A DNA stretch of 64,000 nt, from IMG/VR virus record IMGVR_UViG_2579778660_000001; one strand, given 5' to 3'. Both the position numbers and the translations under genes were made by a program. Source of the stretch: a virus. Taxonomy: Duplodnaviria; Heunggongvirae; Uroviricota; Caudoviricetes. Shown here piece after piece: positions 38,603 through 48,878 of the stretch (its first letter is position 1; the number at the start of each line of letters is the position of its first letter). Below the pieces are notes generated by a model. The model was given only the letters and a program-made list of their open reading frames with translations, did not search any database and had not been told where the DNA came from.

Positions 38603-38887
38603 ATGAGCGCAATAGCCACCAGCGACACCCTTTGTTCTGGTCACGGAGGATTTCCGCCGCGACTGGTAGCTGAAACTGTTCCCTGGTTCACCGTTAACGG
38701 TAAGCCAATTGTTGTAGATGGTGCCATGTTTCCCAGTCACACTGACGGTAACAGTGCACATCCAGGGGCAGCTGTATCGACGCGAGTATGGTTTTCGATA
38801 GGTGGAAAGGGAGTTGTCTGTGTAGGCGATCCGCTTTCTTGTGGTTCTGTTATCGCCAACGGCGAGGATATTTTTCAGGTTGCATAA
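38603..38887 (+). CDS. PAAR-like spike-tip protein
   Basis: 94 aa; Gly/Cys pattern (CSGHGG, VNGKPIVVDGAM, GGKGVVCVGDPLSCG). Confidence 0.55.
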   Translation: MSAIATSDTLCSGHGGFPPRLVAETVPWFTVNGKPIVVDGAMFPSHTDGNSAHPGAAVSTRVWFSIGGKGVVCVGDPLSCGSVIANGEDIFQVA

Positions 38888-39690
38888 TGCTTGATTCAAT
38901 AGGTGAAGTTAAAGCCTTCAAAATTCTGTCAGATGCCGGTATCTCTACACCAGAATCTATAACCATAAGCCGGGCAGCGTCTGTAAAAGCCTCATCACTC
39001 GCCAGCGCCATACAGGGAATAGTTCACGCCGATAAAACCTATCCTGATTCTGTTTCGGCCTGGACTACTCAATTGCTTGGCTTTTCTGAACAGCTCAATG
39101 AGGCCAGCAAAGCGTCTTCATTACTGGCTGATTCTCTTTCCCCATACACCAAGCCATCAGAGCTGTTACAGATGAAGATTGGCTGGGAATGCTACGTAAA
39201 AGGTAACGAGCTGACCCCCATACCTGCTTTCGCCCTTGTTGAGGGGATGGGGAATGTTTCCATTCCGCAATCTCTAACGGACGCATTGACGGCGCTAAAA
39301 CTTGATGCTCTGAAAACCGCCATGAACGCCATTAACGCAAAAATAGAAGCTGCTGGAAGTGCTGGTGGTGATAGCAATGGTGGACAGGGTGGTGCTGGGG
39401 GCGCTCAGGCTCCAGTCATTACTCAGGATGAAATTGATGCTCTACGGGAAGCAGTGACAGCCGCCGAAGTTTTACTCTCCGAAATTAACTCAGCAAGTGA
39501 GAGTGTCGTAGCCCTTACAGGTCGCATTAAAACGTCAACCACTCAGGCAACCAAAGGTTTAGAGAACGCTGTCGCCATCACGTTAACTGGTTCTCTACTG
39601 GATGATGCAGTAATGAGTCCGGCAATCAGTTTAATCATGCCACAAGGCGTTATCGATGCGCTCCAAAAGAACACCAAAAAGGAACAATAG
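38887..39690 (+). CDS. hypothetical protein (268 aa), coupled to PAAR-like gene
   Basis: TAATG overlap; helical with Gly-rich linker GSAGGDSNGGQGGAGGAQ. Confidence 0.55.
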   Translation: MLDSIGEVKAFKILSDAGISTPESITISRAASVKASSLASAIQGIVHADKTYPDSVSAWTTQLLGFSEQLNEASKASSLLADSLSPYTKPSELLQMKIGWECYVKGNELTPIPAFALVEGMGNVSIPQSLTDALTALKLDALKTAMNAINAKIEAAGSAGGDSNGGQGGAGGAQAPVITQDEIDALREAVTAAEVLLSEINSASESVVALTGRIKTSTTQATKGLENAVAITLTGSLLDDAVMSPAISLIMPQGVIDALQKNTKKEQ

Positions 39691-39760
39691 CAACACCACT
39701 TAGGAACACAAAAGGATGTAAATTGGTACATGTTTAACACCAATAGTAAACCTGAAGAGG

Positions 39761-40219
39761 ATGGTTTTGAAAAAGATAATTTTGATTGTAATTGCTCTTT
39801 TAGCCATTTCTGGAATTTACCGAACAACGACGGCAGTTATCGAACACATCAGGTATGTCCGATCGCTTGAAGACTCAAAATCACAACTGGAAAGCACGAA
39901 CAACACGCTTTCTACCGCATTACAGTTAAGTGAGAACGCTCGCTCAGCCATGCTGACCGAAAACGAAAGAATTAAAGCACTGGAAAAGGAGTACCAACGC
40001 AAAACAGCAGAACTGAATGCCAACCTAATCAAACAACGGGAGGAAAGCCAGAATGAAATCACTCGTCTTGAAAATGCGTTACGCCGTGCTGGGATTAACG
40101 ATGTACGTGTGCCTGATGACGTTATCAGGATGCAGCGGGAACGGGCAAAAGCCATCAACCAGCGTGCCAGTGAAAATTACCGTAGAAGCCACCAGCAGGC
40201 CGCAGGCAAATCTGATTGA
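39761..40219 (+). CDS. i-spanin (Rz-like)
   Basis: N-terminal TM anchor then coiled coil; contains start of o-spanin in +1 frame. Confidence 0.65.
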   Translation: MVLKKIILIVIALLAISGIYRTTTAVIEHIRYVRSLEDSKSQLESTNNTLSTALQLSENARSAMLTENERIKALEKEYQRKTAELNANLIKQREESQNEITRLENALRRAGINDVRVPDDVIRMQRERAKAINQRASENYRRSHQQAAGKSD

Positions 40220-40385
40220 CTACTCCCCTTGTTTAGTGCCAGAAGACACGCCAGTGCTGTTAAACAAGTATCCGACATACGCTGAACAGTTATTCAGCAC
40301 GATCGACGAATGCAACCAACGAAACGCACTGAATAACCAAAAAAACAGGGAGATTTGGGAAGGGAAGGGGGATCAAGGCTCCTGA
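40053..40385 (+). CDS. o-spanin (Rz1-like lipoprotein)
   Basis: Lipobox LSGC after signal peptide; starts inside i-spanin and extends beyond it. Confidence 0.65.
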   Translation: MKSLVLKMRYAVLGLTMYVCLMTLSGCSGNGQKPSTSVPVKITVEATSRPQANLIDYSPCLVPEDTPVLLNKYPTYAEQLFSTIDECNQRNALNNQKNREIWEGKGDQGS

Positions 40386-40831
40386 AGCCAGATGTCCTGG
40401 CTGTCAGCTTCTTCGAAACCGTGACAGACGTTAAAGTCACTCAAACGATACTGACGCTGACGGCCCCTATTTCGCTCATGCCAATGCATATATCCACCAG
40501 CAAATGCCAGCGGACAATCGCTATAGTCTATGTAACCAATACCATTCCCCAAACGTGCTTCGCGCGCACCAGCTTTCCAGGACAGTAGAAAAGAGTCACG
40601 ATCCGCCAGCATAACAACAAAATCGTCCGGTTCTCCGATACAGTGAAGAATACCTGCCTTACATAACTGCTTGAGCGCTTTTGACTGGCTCAGGATGTCT
40701 TCTCCGTAATACTGAAAACAATCATCAACAACAGCGGGATAGCCTGTCGGGGGATTCAGGCTGGTTGGTATAGCTGACGCGATCGCCAGCATTAAGCGAT
40801 ATTGTGTTTTTGAGGGGTTAACGTGACTCAT
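40373..40831 (-). CDS. hypothetical protein (152 aa)
   Basis: Second gene of operator-controlled leftward pair. Confidence 0.5.
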   Translation of the reverse strand: MSHVNPSKTQYRLMLAIASAIPTSLNPPTGYPAVVDDCFQYYGEDILSQSKALKQLCKAGILHCIGEPDDFVVMLADRDSFLLSWKAGAREARLGNGIGYIDYSDCPLAFAGGYMHWHERNRGRQRQYRLSDFNVCHGFEEADSQDIWLQEP

Positions 40832-40847
40832 TTTGTCCCTTGTTTAC

Positions 40848-41240
40848 TCATTGTCGCCATGCATTTTTTAACTCAGGAATATCTGCCATTTCAATTAACT
40901 TGCGAAGTCCAGCACTGACTTTCCCATTGCCAACCATAGCAAGCCAATCTCTTACAGCTTTCGGCATGTAGAGCGTTGCAGTTACCGGCTCTTCAACCCT
41001 GGCAGGACATCCGCATACAGGCCATTTAATTGATTCCATAACTTCGGATGCCGGGGTGAGGGTGGGGACATTGAGTATATCTCTACCAGAAAACTGGATA
41101 ACGATCCGTTCAGCGAGCGAGAGTATCTCACTTTCGGCAAGAATTGATGCCAACTGCGCCTCAACAAGAAAGCGACTTGTTGTGTTCAGAGAGTGGCTCT
41201 TAGCGCCATTTTTATATGAAACAAAGATTCGATACGCCAT
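40848..41240 (-). CDS. hypothetical protein (about 130 aa)
   Basis: ATG at 41240 (MAYRIF...); operator copy overlaps 5' region. Confidence 0.5.
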   Translation of the reverse strand: MAYRIFVSYKNGAKSHSLNTTSRFLVEAQLASILAESEILSLAERIVIQFSGRDILNVPTLTPASEVMESIKWPVCGCPARVEEPVTATLYMPKAVRDWLAMVGNGKVSAGLRKLIEMADIPELKNAWRQ

Positions 41241-41253
41241 AACTCTAATGTTT

Positions 41254-41266
41254 TGTGTTAGAAAAT
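41254..41266. promoter_or_regulatory. operator-like motif TGTGTTAGAAAAT (copy 7)
   Basis: Shares TTTTGTGTTAGAAAAT with left arm of the 20158 palindrome. Confidence 0.5.
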
Positions 41267-41398
41267 TAAAATTAAAACACATAACAACATGACTGTTAAT
41301 AGATTTTATTTTACTAAAACTATTGACTAAATCACAAAGTAGGTATTGTTAGCCCGTCAAAAGAACCTTCACGCCGCGCCCGAATTTAGGGCTTAACC

Positions 41399-43096
41399 GT
41401 GAATAAAAACATTCAGCCAGCTCGTGATCGCGAGCGCGAGATTATGAATCGGGCGGCAAGCGTCATGGCTATGACCGTCGATCCGACCACCGATGCAGCA
41501 GGCAACATGATTGCTGACCAGGCAGTAATGATGGAAAACCTGGATAAAGCAATCCAGAAAGTGCCTATGTTTGAAGGCGTAAATCCAGAGGTCGCTCGTC
41601 AGATCACTGGTGGGTGGGCTATGTCTCTGCATGAGTATAAACGTCAACATGGTCATTACCCGGCAAGTGACATCCTGGCGAACGCACACATGGCTCTTGA
41701 ACGCCTGATGACTGAATGTGCCAGTGATACCCATGAAGGCACGGGTAAGGCAATGTTTGAGTCTGTCGCGCAATCAATGCGTAGCTCTGACGGCGTAATG
41801 AAAGTTGCTCAATATGCTGCTCTAATTCTGCCTGCTTCTCTGGGCGCTGCTACCAGTGATGCCTGTACTTTTGTTCCTTGTGATCGTGACGAGTCAAATA
41901 TTTATGAACTGGTCAACGTAGCAGGCACAAAATTCGGCACCTTCAACCAAGGTGACGAACTGAATATGCAGTCAGCTGGTGTTTATTCTCAAATGAAGCG
42001 CCTGTATACCCTTACCACTAAAGGGGATGGCAGCACCAAAACCTTCCAGTTCAACATCCAAAATTTTGAGGGGCAATCCTGCCCGCTTCGCGCTGGTTAT
42101 AACAAACTGCTGATCAACCGCAAACCGTCCAAAGTTGACGACGGCGATGGCAACCTTTATTTCAATGCTAAAGACAGCAAAGGTAATGCTTTCTCAGCGA
42201 CTGCCAAAGTTGCTTATGACACTGGTGTCATTGACATTACATTTACCCAGGCTCCGCCAGAAGGTACTGAAATTGCTGTTCAGGTCGAAATTAACATCGA
42301 GCGCAATCCAAGCCTGATTCCGGTGATCAACCAGGCTATGCGTAAGTACGAAGTTCGTCCGTCCCAGTACGTACTTGCTTCCGAACACACGGTAATGTCC
42401 GCATCCGATTTAAGCCGTGAGCACGGCCTTGAATTAGCGGCACTTCAGTTCTCCGCGATGCGTAACTGGATCTCCCATGAAACCGACATCATGCGTCTGC
42501 GCACCCTGGTATTCCATACCGTTTATGGTCGTGAATTTGATGTGGCTCTGCCGGAAGCTCAAAACTATGAGTCCTGGGTCGGCCTCCTGCGTCACGTAGT
42601 AAACGCTCTGTCTCAAGAAATGGCAAATCGTACCCTGACAACGGGTATTCGTGGCGGCTTTGCTGGTAGTGACGCCGCGAACTTCCTGCGCTCTTTGCCT
42701 CCACAGCACTTCCAGATCGCACCAGGTTACGTTCAGTCGCCGTATGTACAGTACATCGGCACCCTGTTTGGCACGATTCGTATTTACGAAGTGCCGCAAC
42801 CTGTCTGTGAGCAATTCAAGGCACAGGGATATGACTTCGGGCTGGATGACATCTTCTTCTATGGGCGTGGCGAAGGCATCGGTAAAGCCGGGCTGATTGC
42901 TGGTGATGCAGTCCCAGCAATCCCTTACGTTCACGAAACCAATCCGTCTCTCGTTAACCGTACCACTCTCTGGGGCAGTGCCATCAACGAAGTACATCCT
43001 CGCAACGGTGAAAACTACTTCACCCGCCTGCGTCTGACTCGTGCCAAAGAAGGTGCTATCGACATGCTGACAGGCAAGGTTAACGAAAAAAAGTGA
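41399..43096 (+). CDS. major virion structural protein, putatively major capsid protein
   Basis: 565 aa at head of late structural block; assignment by size/position only. Confidence 0.45.
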   Translation: MNKNIQPARDREREIMNRAASVMAMTVDPTTDAAGNMIADQAVMMENLDKAIQKVPMFEGVNPEVARQITGGWAMSLHEYKRQHGHYPASDILANAHMALERLMTECASDTHEGTGKAMFESVAQSMRSSDGVMKVAQYAALILPASLGAATSDACTFVPCDRDESNIYELVNVAGTKFGTFNQGDELNMQSAGVYSQMKRLYTLTTKGDGSTKTFQFNIQNFEGQSCPLRAGYNKLLINRKPSKVDDGDGNLYFNAKDSKGNAFSATAKVAYDTGVIDITFTQAPPEGTEIAVQVEINIERNPSLIPVINQAMRKYEVRPSQYVLASEHTVMSASDLSREHGLELAALQFSAMRNWISHETDIMRLRTLVFHTVYGREFDVALPEAQNYESWVGLLRHVVNALSQEMANRTLTTGIRGGFAGSDAANFLRSLPPQHFQIAPGYVQSPYVQYIGTLFGTIRIYEVPQPVCEQFKAQGYDFGLDDIFFYGRGEGIGKAGLIAGDAVPAIPYVHETNPSLVNRTTLWGSAINEVHPRNGENYFTRLRLTRAKEGAIDMLTGKVNEKK

Positions 43097-43243
43097 TGGT
43101 GGCGAACGTGTCGGTATCACCAACATCACTTGACGTAGATGAAGGTGAAACTATCGCCGCGAACACTTCAAAGGCACAGAAAAAAACAAAGCAGAAGTAA
43201 GGCAAAAACACGCCCCTGATTAAGGGGCGTTCAGGAGAAAAAA

Positions 43244-43522
43244 ATGGCAAACATTCAAGTAACTATCACGCCATCTGACGCAACAGACAAATCTTTCACT
43301 GTTGAGTCAGATCACCCTGATATTGTCCAGGTTGATGGCACTACATGTACCGCTCTTAAGGCCGGGCAGGCAGTGCTGACAATCAAAACAAATGACGGCA
43401 ATAAAACCGCACAGTGCACAGTCACTGTTAGGGAGGCACATAAAAGCGTAAGCGCCGTCAGTGTTGAACCAACTACGAAAGAAGTAACCGTAGGCGATAA
43501 CTTCACGGTAAGCGAATCCTGA
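43244..43522 (+). CDS. Ig-like (Big_2-type) domain protein, possible decoration protein
   Basis: 92 aa beta-rich (VTITPSDATDKSFTVESDHPDIVQVDG...ALKAGQAVLTIKT). Confidence 0.5.
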   Translation: MANIQVTITPSDATDKSFTVESDHPDIVQVDGTTCTALKAGQAVLTIKTNDGNKTAQCTVTVREAHKSVSAVSVEPTTKEVTVGDNFTVSES

Positions 43523-43589
43523 TCAGAGGCTGCCCATTAACCGTGGGTAGCCTTGCCTCGTTCTCTCGCTTTAGAGGATAAGAACCAGC

Positions 43590-45248
43590 ATGAATAAGAT
43601 TAGTTTTTCGGTAGGGCAGGCAGCTGGCGTTGCTGTAATGTCAGTAAATGCTGACGCTAACCTCACCAATACCAGCGGTGGCGCATCCGTCTTTGCTGGG
43701 CTTGTAATATCGCGTCGTGGCGCACCGGGTAAGGTACTGAAAGTTGACGATACGACTTATCAAAGCGTATTAGGTTCACCGATTCACCCTCGCCTGGGCG
43801 CGGCTTTTGAACCATATCGCCACGTGGAGCGTGCAGTAAAAGGCGGCTCTGGATATGTCGTTCGAGTTTGCGCTAAAGACATGAAGGTGCCGGGTATTTC
43901 TGTTTCCGTTGTGGGCAAAGTAAAAGCGGCAAAGGCGAGTAAAGAACTTTCCGTTGAACCAACTGAAACCACAGTAAATCCAGGTGTCACATTAAGCGTT
44001 GGTGTTGCTTCAACTGCAACGACTCAATCAGTGACCTTCACACCCAAAGAGACGCCCCAGATTAAAGGTGAAGAGAAGGCATTATTCTTCATCAAAGATG
44101 GTGATGCATCTCAAAATCGCACGTTATCACTAACTCGCGATGATGAAGAAAGCGAACTCTTTACGCTGACGCTGAAAGAAAAACAAACCGATGGGTCCAT
44201 TGAGGTGCTGGAAAGCCACCAGGTGTCTTTCAATCCAGAAGGCACTAACGACATGGGCCAACCAGCATGGATTCCGACACTGCTTGAAAGCCAGTCCACT
44301 CGCATTGGTGCCGTACTGGCAGATAATGCAGAAGCATCCGCTGCTCAACTCATTTTTGAGGATGTAGCTTTTGAAGGTGGTACTGATGGAAATCTGTCCG
44401 AAATTGGCGCTGCAGACTATCTGGAAGCATTAAAGGTTCTCGAAGCTTCAGAGGTTAATTACACCGCATTGCTGTCATTGGGTTGTTATGACGCATCCGC
44501 CTTAGCCGCAATCAAAAAGCTGGCTGAAGATGTTCGCGTAGACATGTTCTATGACCTGAAGGGCAACCAGACACCTGAAAACGCTATTTCAGAAGCGAAA
44601 AGCCATAATTTTGGCGGCTCACATCAACCAAGCCGTTACTACTTCCCGCTCTCCTGCCGAGATACTTTCACTGGAATGAATGTCGTCTATGGCATTAGCT
44701 GCGACGCATTCGTAGCGAAGGCAAAAGGAGTGGCGCTGGTACCGGATGTTGGTGGTTGGCATTACGCACCGGCAGGTATATCACGCGCGATTATTGATCG
44801 ACAGAACATTGCCCGAATTCCAAATATCGGTGCAGTTGATCGTGAAGCGTTCGTTCTTGCGCGCATTAATCCAGTTTCAGTTGCTGCTGACGGGTCCGTT
44901 TACATTGACGACTCTTTAACAACTTACAGCAAAAACAACTATCTGCGATTCCAGCATGTGTCTTCCTTGATGAACGCCATCGCCAGAGATTTCTATGAAG
45001 TAGCTCAGGCGATTAAGCACGAACCGGATGGCATTACCAAAGAAGCGCTAATGAAAGCAATGACTGAATTGCTTGACCGTTACGTTGCAGCCGGTGCGCT
45101 GGTTACTCCACGTGACAAGTCCCAGGGTGAAGATCCATATGTTGTTCAGGTTGCCCAAAAGGACATCGATCTGTGGGAAGTGGCCTGGTCTGTTTGTCCG
45201 ACCGGTACAGCTCGCCGAATCGTCGGTAAGCCAATTCTGATGCGCTGA
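43590..45248 (+). CDS. putative tail sheath protein
   Basis: 552 aa, upstream of tube-like genes; by size/position. Confidence 0.45.
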   Translation: MNKISFSVGQAAGVAVMSVNADANLTNTSGGASVFAGLVISRRGAPGKVLKVDDTTYQSVLGSPIHPRLGAAFEPYRHVERAVKGGSGYVVRVCAKDMKVPGISVSVVGKVKAAKASKELSVEPTETTVNPGVTLSVGVASTATTQSVTFTPKETPQIKGEEKALFFIKDGDASQNRTLSLTRDDEESELFTLTLKEKQTDGSIEVLESHQVSFNPEGTNDMGQPAWIPTLLESQSTRIGAVLADNAEASAAQLIFEDVAFEGGTDGNLSEIGAADYLEALKVLEASEVNYTALLSLGCYDASALAAIKKLAEDVRVDMFYDLKGNQTPENAISEAKSHNFGGSHQPSRYYFPLSCRDTFTGMNVVYGISCDAFVAKAKGVALVPDVGGWHYAPAGISRAIIDRQNIARIPNIGAVDREAFVLARINPVSVAADGSVYIDDSLTTYSKNNYLRFQHVSSLMNAIARDFYEVAQAIKHEPDGITKEALMKAMTELLDRYVAAGALVTPRDKSQGEDPYVVQVAQKDIDLWEVAWSVCPTGTARRIVGKPILMR

Positions 45249-45291
45249 TTTATAACCCCCGCTAAATGATGCGGGGGAGAGAGGTTTGAAT

Positions 45292-46026
45292 ATGAAAAAT
45301 TATACTGCTGATCCTTTTATGCGTGCGATTTTCGGTTCTGGCTGCTTTGAAAGCGGTGATAAATCCACTCAGGACAATAATGATAACGCCATGCTGGAAA
45401 GCGCAGGACAGAAAGGAAAGGACACTCAACCAAAGCCCAAAGACGACATTGAAACCGCGATGATGGAAGCGGTTGAATCCCGTGCACAAGGTGATATGCG
45501 CAGCCTGGCAGCGTCCATGCTTGCTGGTTGGGTTGAAGATGGTGATCCGGAGGCTGACTCATTTGATGCATTAGCAATCACTATGGCTGGCCTGGCTGAT
45601 ATCGATGAAGGCACCGATTTCACCGATGAACAAATCGATGCTTATAACGATGCTCTCGCAGCTCTTGCTGATGCAGCTGTTGCGCTTGGCGCTGATCAGG
45701 ACGATGTAACCGAAATGATCGACGATGAAGATGACTCAGCTGCCGAACGTGTTTTTGACGCTCTTTCCGAAAGCGACACCGACATGATGGAAACAGCTAT
45801 TGCCATTTACACCGTTGCTGGTGGTGATAGCGCAATGCTGGAAGCGGTACGTAAAAAAGTGGTTCGTGATGGCAAGGTTACCATCATCCGTAAACGCCCG
45901 CGTCCTCGCCGCATGACGTCATTGCAAAAACAGGCGCTGAAAAAAGCACGCCGCAAAGCGCATACATCCGTAGCGAATATCAACCGCAAAAAATCAATGC
46001 GCATTCGCAAAAAACGCGGTTTGTAA
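45292..46026 (+). CDS. acidic protein with strongly basic C-terminal tail
   Basis: Asp/Glu-rich body then RKRPRPRRMTSLQKQALKKARRKAH...RKKRGL; ATG at 45292 after GAGAGG. Confidence 0.5.
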   Translation: MKNYTADPFMRAIFGSGCFESGDKSTQDNNDNAMLESAGQKGKDTQPKPKDDIETAMMEAVESRAQGDMRSLAASMLAGWVEDGDPEADSFDALAITMAGLADIDEGTDFTDEQIDAYNDALAALADAAVALGADQDDVTEMIDDEDDSAAERVFDALSESDTDMMETAIAIYTVAGGDSAMLEAVRKKVVRDGKVTIIRKRPRPRRMTSLQKQALKKARRKAHTSVANINRKKSMRIRKKRGL

Positions 46027-46075
46027 GTGACATAGGCCGCCTGCAAAGGTGGCCTCTACCTGGGAGAAATAGCGT

Positions 46076-46666
46076 TTGATTTGCGGCGCGATAATGCCTG
46101 ACGGAATAAGTCCGTTAATGAAGGTTTATATCCTCTCTTCAGAGGATATGGTCGTCGGTTATATCGGTGAAGGATCTACCGCAGAGCTATCATCAATGTG
46201 GCAATCACCATTTGAAAACCAGTCAGTAGGAGGTTTGCTTGGTGGTATTAGCGCTGCGGCTGGCTCTCTTGCAGATACGCTTCAGACCGCAACCGGCGTA
46301 ACAACAAAAACCCTCTTCAACTCAATGCTTGTTTGGGAAGGTCAGCAACCGCCTGAATTTAATCTGGTAATTGATTTCATGGCGACAACGAACGCGCAAC
46401 TTGAAGTGAACGCAGCCATTACAGCATTGCTGAAGATGGAATCGCCGGAACTGAACAATGTAGCGCCATTCGGTCGTCGCCCGGAGACAGTAACGTTAAA
46501 CATAGGTAGGAACATAGCCCTTACCGACGTTGTTATCAAAAGCGTGAGTTACCAACTGGACGCCCCGCGCACACCAGAAGGCTATTTCACTCATAACACG
46601 GTAACCCTGCAATGCAGCGGTAATACATCGATCAACCGTAGCAATATCTCATCTGTTTTTGTGTAG
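46076..46666 (+). CDS. virion structural protein (196 aa), start uncertain
   Basis: TTG start in track; alternative internal ATGs. Confidence 0.45.
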   Translation: MICGAIMPDGISPLMKVYILSSEDMVVGYIGEGSTAELSSMWQSPFENQSVGGLLGGISAAAGSLADTLQTATGVTTKTLFNSMLVWEGQQPPEFNLVIDFMATTNAQLEVNAAITALLKMESPELNNVAPFGRRPETVTLNIGRNIALTDVVIKSVSYQLDAPRTPEGYFTHNTVTLQCSGNTSINRSNISSVFV

Positions 46667-46674
46667 GAGTATTT

Positions 46675-47166
46675 ATGTCCGGTTTTGCAAATACAAAAGC
46701 CGATATGGCCTTTCTAAAATCCCGGTTTAATAAAAACCTGGCTGCAGGCGAAAAACTTATTGGTTCTGAATATTGGATGACCATTAAGGGTTACGAACAT
46801 CTGTCTGTACTTGTTCGTTCCACTCAGTTACCAGAAATGACACGCGAAGATGTGGAGGATTACGCCCCTGGCGGCATGAAATTCAACCAGCACGGACCAT
46901 TACGCAACTCTGGTGAATTTCAGGTCACATGCGCGGAAACTATCGAAGGCGCAGTTCTCGCCGCTGTAAAACAGATGGTATACGGAAAAGAATATCTGGA
47001 AATTACCTTACAGGCGGCGGCGGAATCGAATAGCGGTAACCATAAAGGTCTGATCCGCACATATTCTCATTGCAAAGTGTATTCCGACGCCGTGGACTTC
47101 TCATCCGAAGACGTAACAGCGGTCGTTAAGCCTTCCCTGCGTATTGTTTACAACTGGGTAGAGTGA
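46675..47166 (+). CDS. putative tail tube protein
   Basis: 163 aa; size and C-terminus resemble myovirus tube proteins. Confidence 0.45.
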   Translation: MSGFANTKADMAFLKSRFNKNLAAGEKLIGSEYWMTIKGYEHLSVLVRSTQLPEMTREDVEDYAPGGMKFNQHGPLRNSGEFQVTCAETIEGAVLAAVKQMVYGKEYLEITLQAAAESNSGNHKGLIRTYSHCKVYSDAVDFSSEDVTAVVKPSLRIVYNWVE

Positions 47167-47218
47167 TCTTTTTCCCGCCCTTGTGGCGGGAATTCCTTGT
47201 ATTTGAGTTGTAGGTACG

Positions 47219-47770
47219 ATGACACCAACCGAATTATTAGAAAGCGTTAAAGCACGATTTAATCCACTGCTTGTGCGTGAAGAAGAAACGCTGAAAGCCT
47301 TCCTGATCAAAGCTCTGACCACGTATCAGGACAGGGCAGGGGTAGTGAAAACGTTAAAACTTGAAAAAGCTGGTGGTACTGCAATCCCGTTGCCAGAAGA
47401 TTATCTCTCTCTGGTTCATGTTACCGACAACAATGGCTTGTTGGTCTATTCGGATGAATTATCCGGATTTATTGAATTAGAGCTAACAGGTTCAGAACGC
47501 TGGCCTTTTCGAATGCTGTATCTGGTTAATCTACGCGACAGAAAGCTGGATGAATGGCAAGTGCCTCCTGCAATCATTGGAATGCTGGAGGAATATCTGG
47601 AGGCGCTTATCAATGTAAGAAATGTCGCCCGGCAGCGTAGAGCGTCCATCGACGGGAAATTTGACTACTCCGATCTGCCCGATGAAGCCACGCTATATGC
47701 CCGCGTGCAGGAGATTGAGGAAAAAATGTCCTCAAACCGGGCCATTATTCCGGGGGCTACCATTTTTTAA
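47219..47770 (+). CDS. virion structural/assembly protein (183 aa)
   Basis: ORF in late block. Confidence 0.5.
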   Translation: MTPTELLESVKARFNPLLVREEETLKAFLIKALTTYQDRAGVVKTLKLEKAGGTAIPLPEDYLSLVHVTDNNGLLVYSDELSGFIELELTGSERWPFRMLYLVNLRDRKLDEWQVPPAIIGMLEEYLEALINVRNVARQRRASIDGKFDYSDLPDEATLYARVQEIEEKMSSNRAIIPGATIF

Positions 47771-47785
47771 CGCTGGAGGCGCAGA

Positions 47786-48493
47786 GTGAGTATTTTCAGC
47801 AGCGTTGGTAGAACGTTGACCACCGCATTGTCATTTAACACGAAATCATTCACCAGCAACCTCATTAGCGACATTCTTGATAAAGCCATATCAGGCGGCG
47901 GGGTAAGCGGGAATTACAGTAGCGATATTGCCTACGGGAAAAATATTGTTGCTGCCGCTATGCGTATCCGTTACGCCCAGGGGTGGCAGTGGACCGTTGA
48001 AGTGGATGGTCTGAACGGCTTCGATATGTTCGTGAAGGATATCACCTACAGCAGTGGGAACATCGAGACAGAAAGCAAGGTGATCGGCAGCGTAGAATTC
48101 AGCAAGCCAACCTATGTTAGCGCCGGACCGGTCACTATGACCGTGAGGGATACCGAAGATGGCAAGATCATGGACTGGTTCAAAGAGCGTCGTTCTCGTG
48201 TAACAAATCCTGATGGAACAATAAACCTTCCTCCGGAATATCTGATGAAAATCCGTGTCTACCGGGTAACTCAGGACGGCGGAAAAGAACTGGAAGAAGA
48301 AATGCGCGTATTTCCTACTCAACTTGGGGAAATCACTCGCTCACGTGATCAGGTGTCAGAGTTCTTGTCATACCCAATCACTTTCCAGAAATACACATCC
48401 GCAGGCTCAGGTGTTTCTGCTTTGGTCAACGGTGCCGCTGGCATGGCTACAAGTGCGTTAAAGGGGGCTGTGAGTGGAGTGATCAAATTCTGA
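47786..48493 (+). CDS. virion structural protein (235 aa)
   Basis: GTG start after GGAGG. Confidence 0.5.
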   Translation: MSIFSSVGRTLTTALSFNTKSFTSNLISDILDKAISGGGVSGNYSSDIAYGKNIVAAAMRIRYAQGWQWTVEVDGLNGFDMFVKDITYSSGNIETESKVIGSVEFSKPTYVSAGPVTMTVRDTEDGKIMDWFKERRSRVTNPDGTINLPPEYLMKIRVYRVTQDGGKELEEEMRVFPTQLGEITRSRDQVSEFLSYPITFQKYTSAGSGVSALVNGAAGMATSALKGAVSGVIKF

Positions 48494-48583
48494 ATAGCTT
48501 TAATTATGTGTGCTGGAGGGTTGCTCATTTCCCGTCAGCACCCACGACCTCAACGATAGCGGGTAGGGAAGGTAGCGCAATGT

Positions 48584-48878
48584 TGAGGGCATTTTTTACA
48601 TCATCAATCCATCAGCAATGAAGGCATTCTTTACATATTTCAATAATATCAATCAGTTAACACAGTGAATGATAATAAAAAAGCGCAATAAGAATGCACG
48701 ATACGCACGATATTGGTTGAGGGCGATTTTTACATAATCCTTACATATCAATATGTTATATAAAAACACAACTTGCTAATAACGAGATACATGCAATTAA
48801 GATGTAAAAATTGCCCTCAATTGCCGATCGTTAAGGGCAAATTCTACACCTTGAGAGGGGTGTAAAAATTGCCCTTAA
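48584..48878. repeat. iteron cluster downstream of repA (incA-like), both orientations
   Basis: TGAGGGC-N-TTTTTACA copies at 48584, 48717, inverted 48801; near-perfect 20+20 bp inverted pair 48832-48878 overlapping repA stop. Confidence 0.6.
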
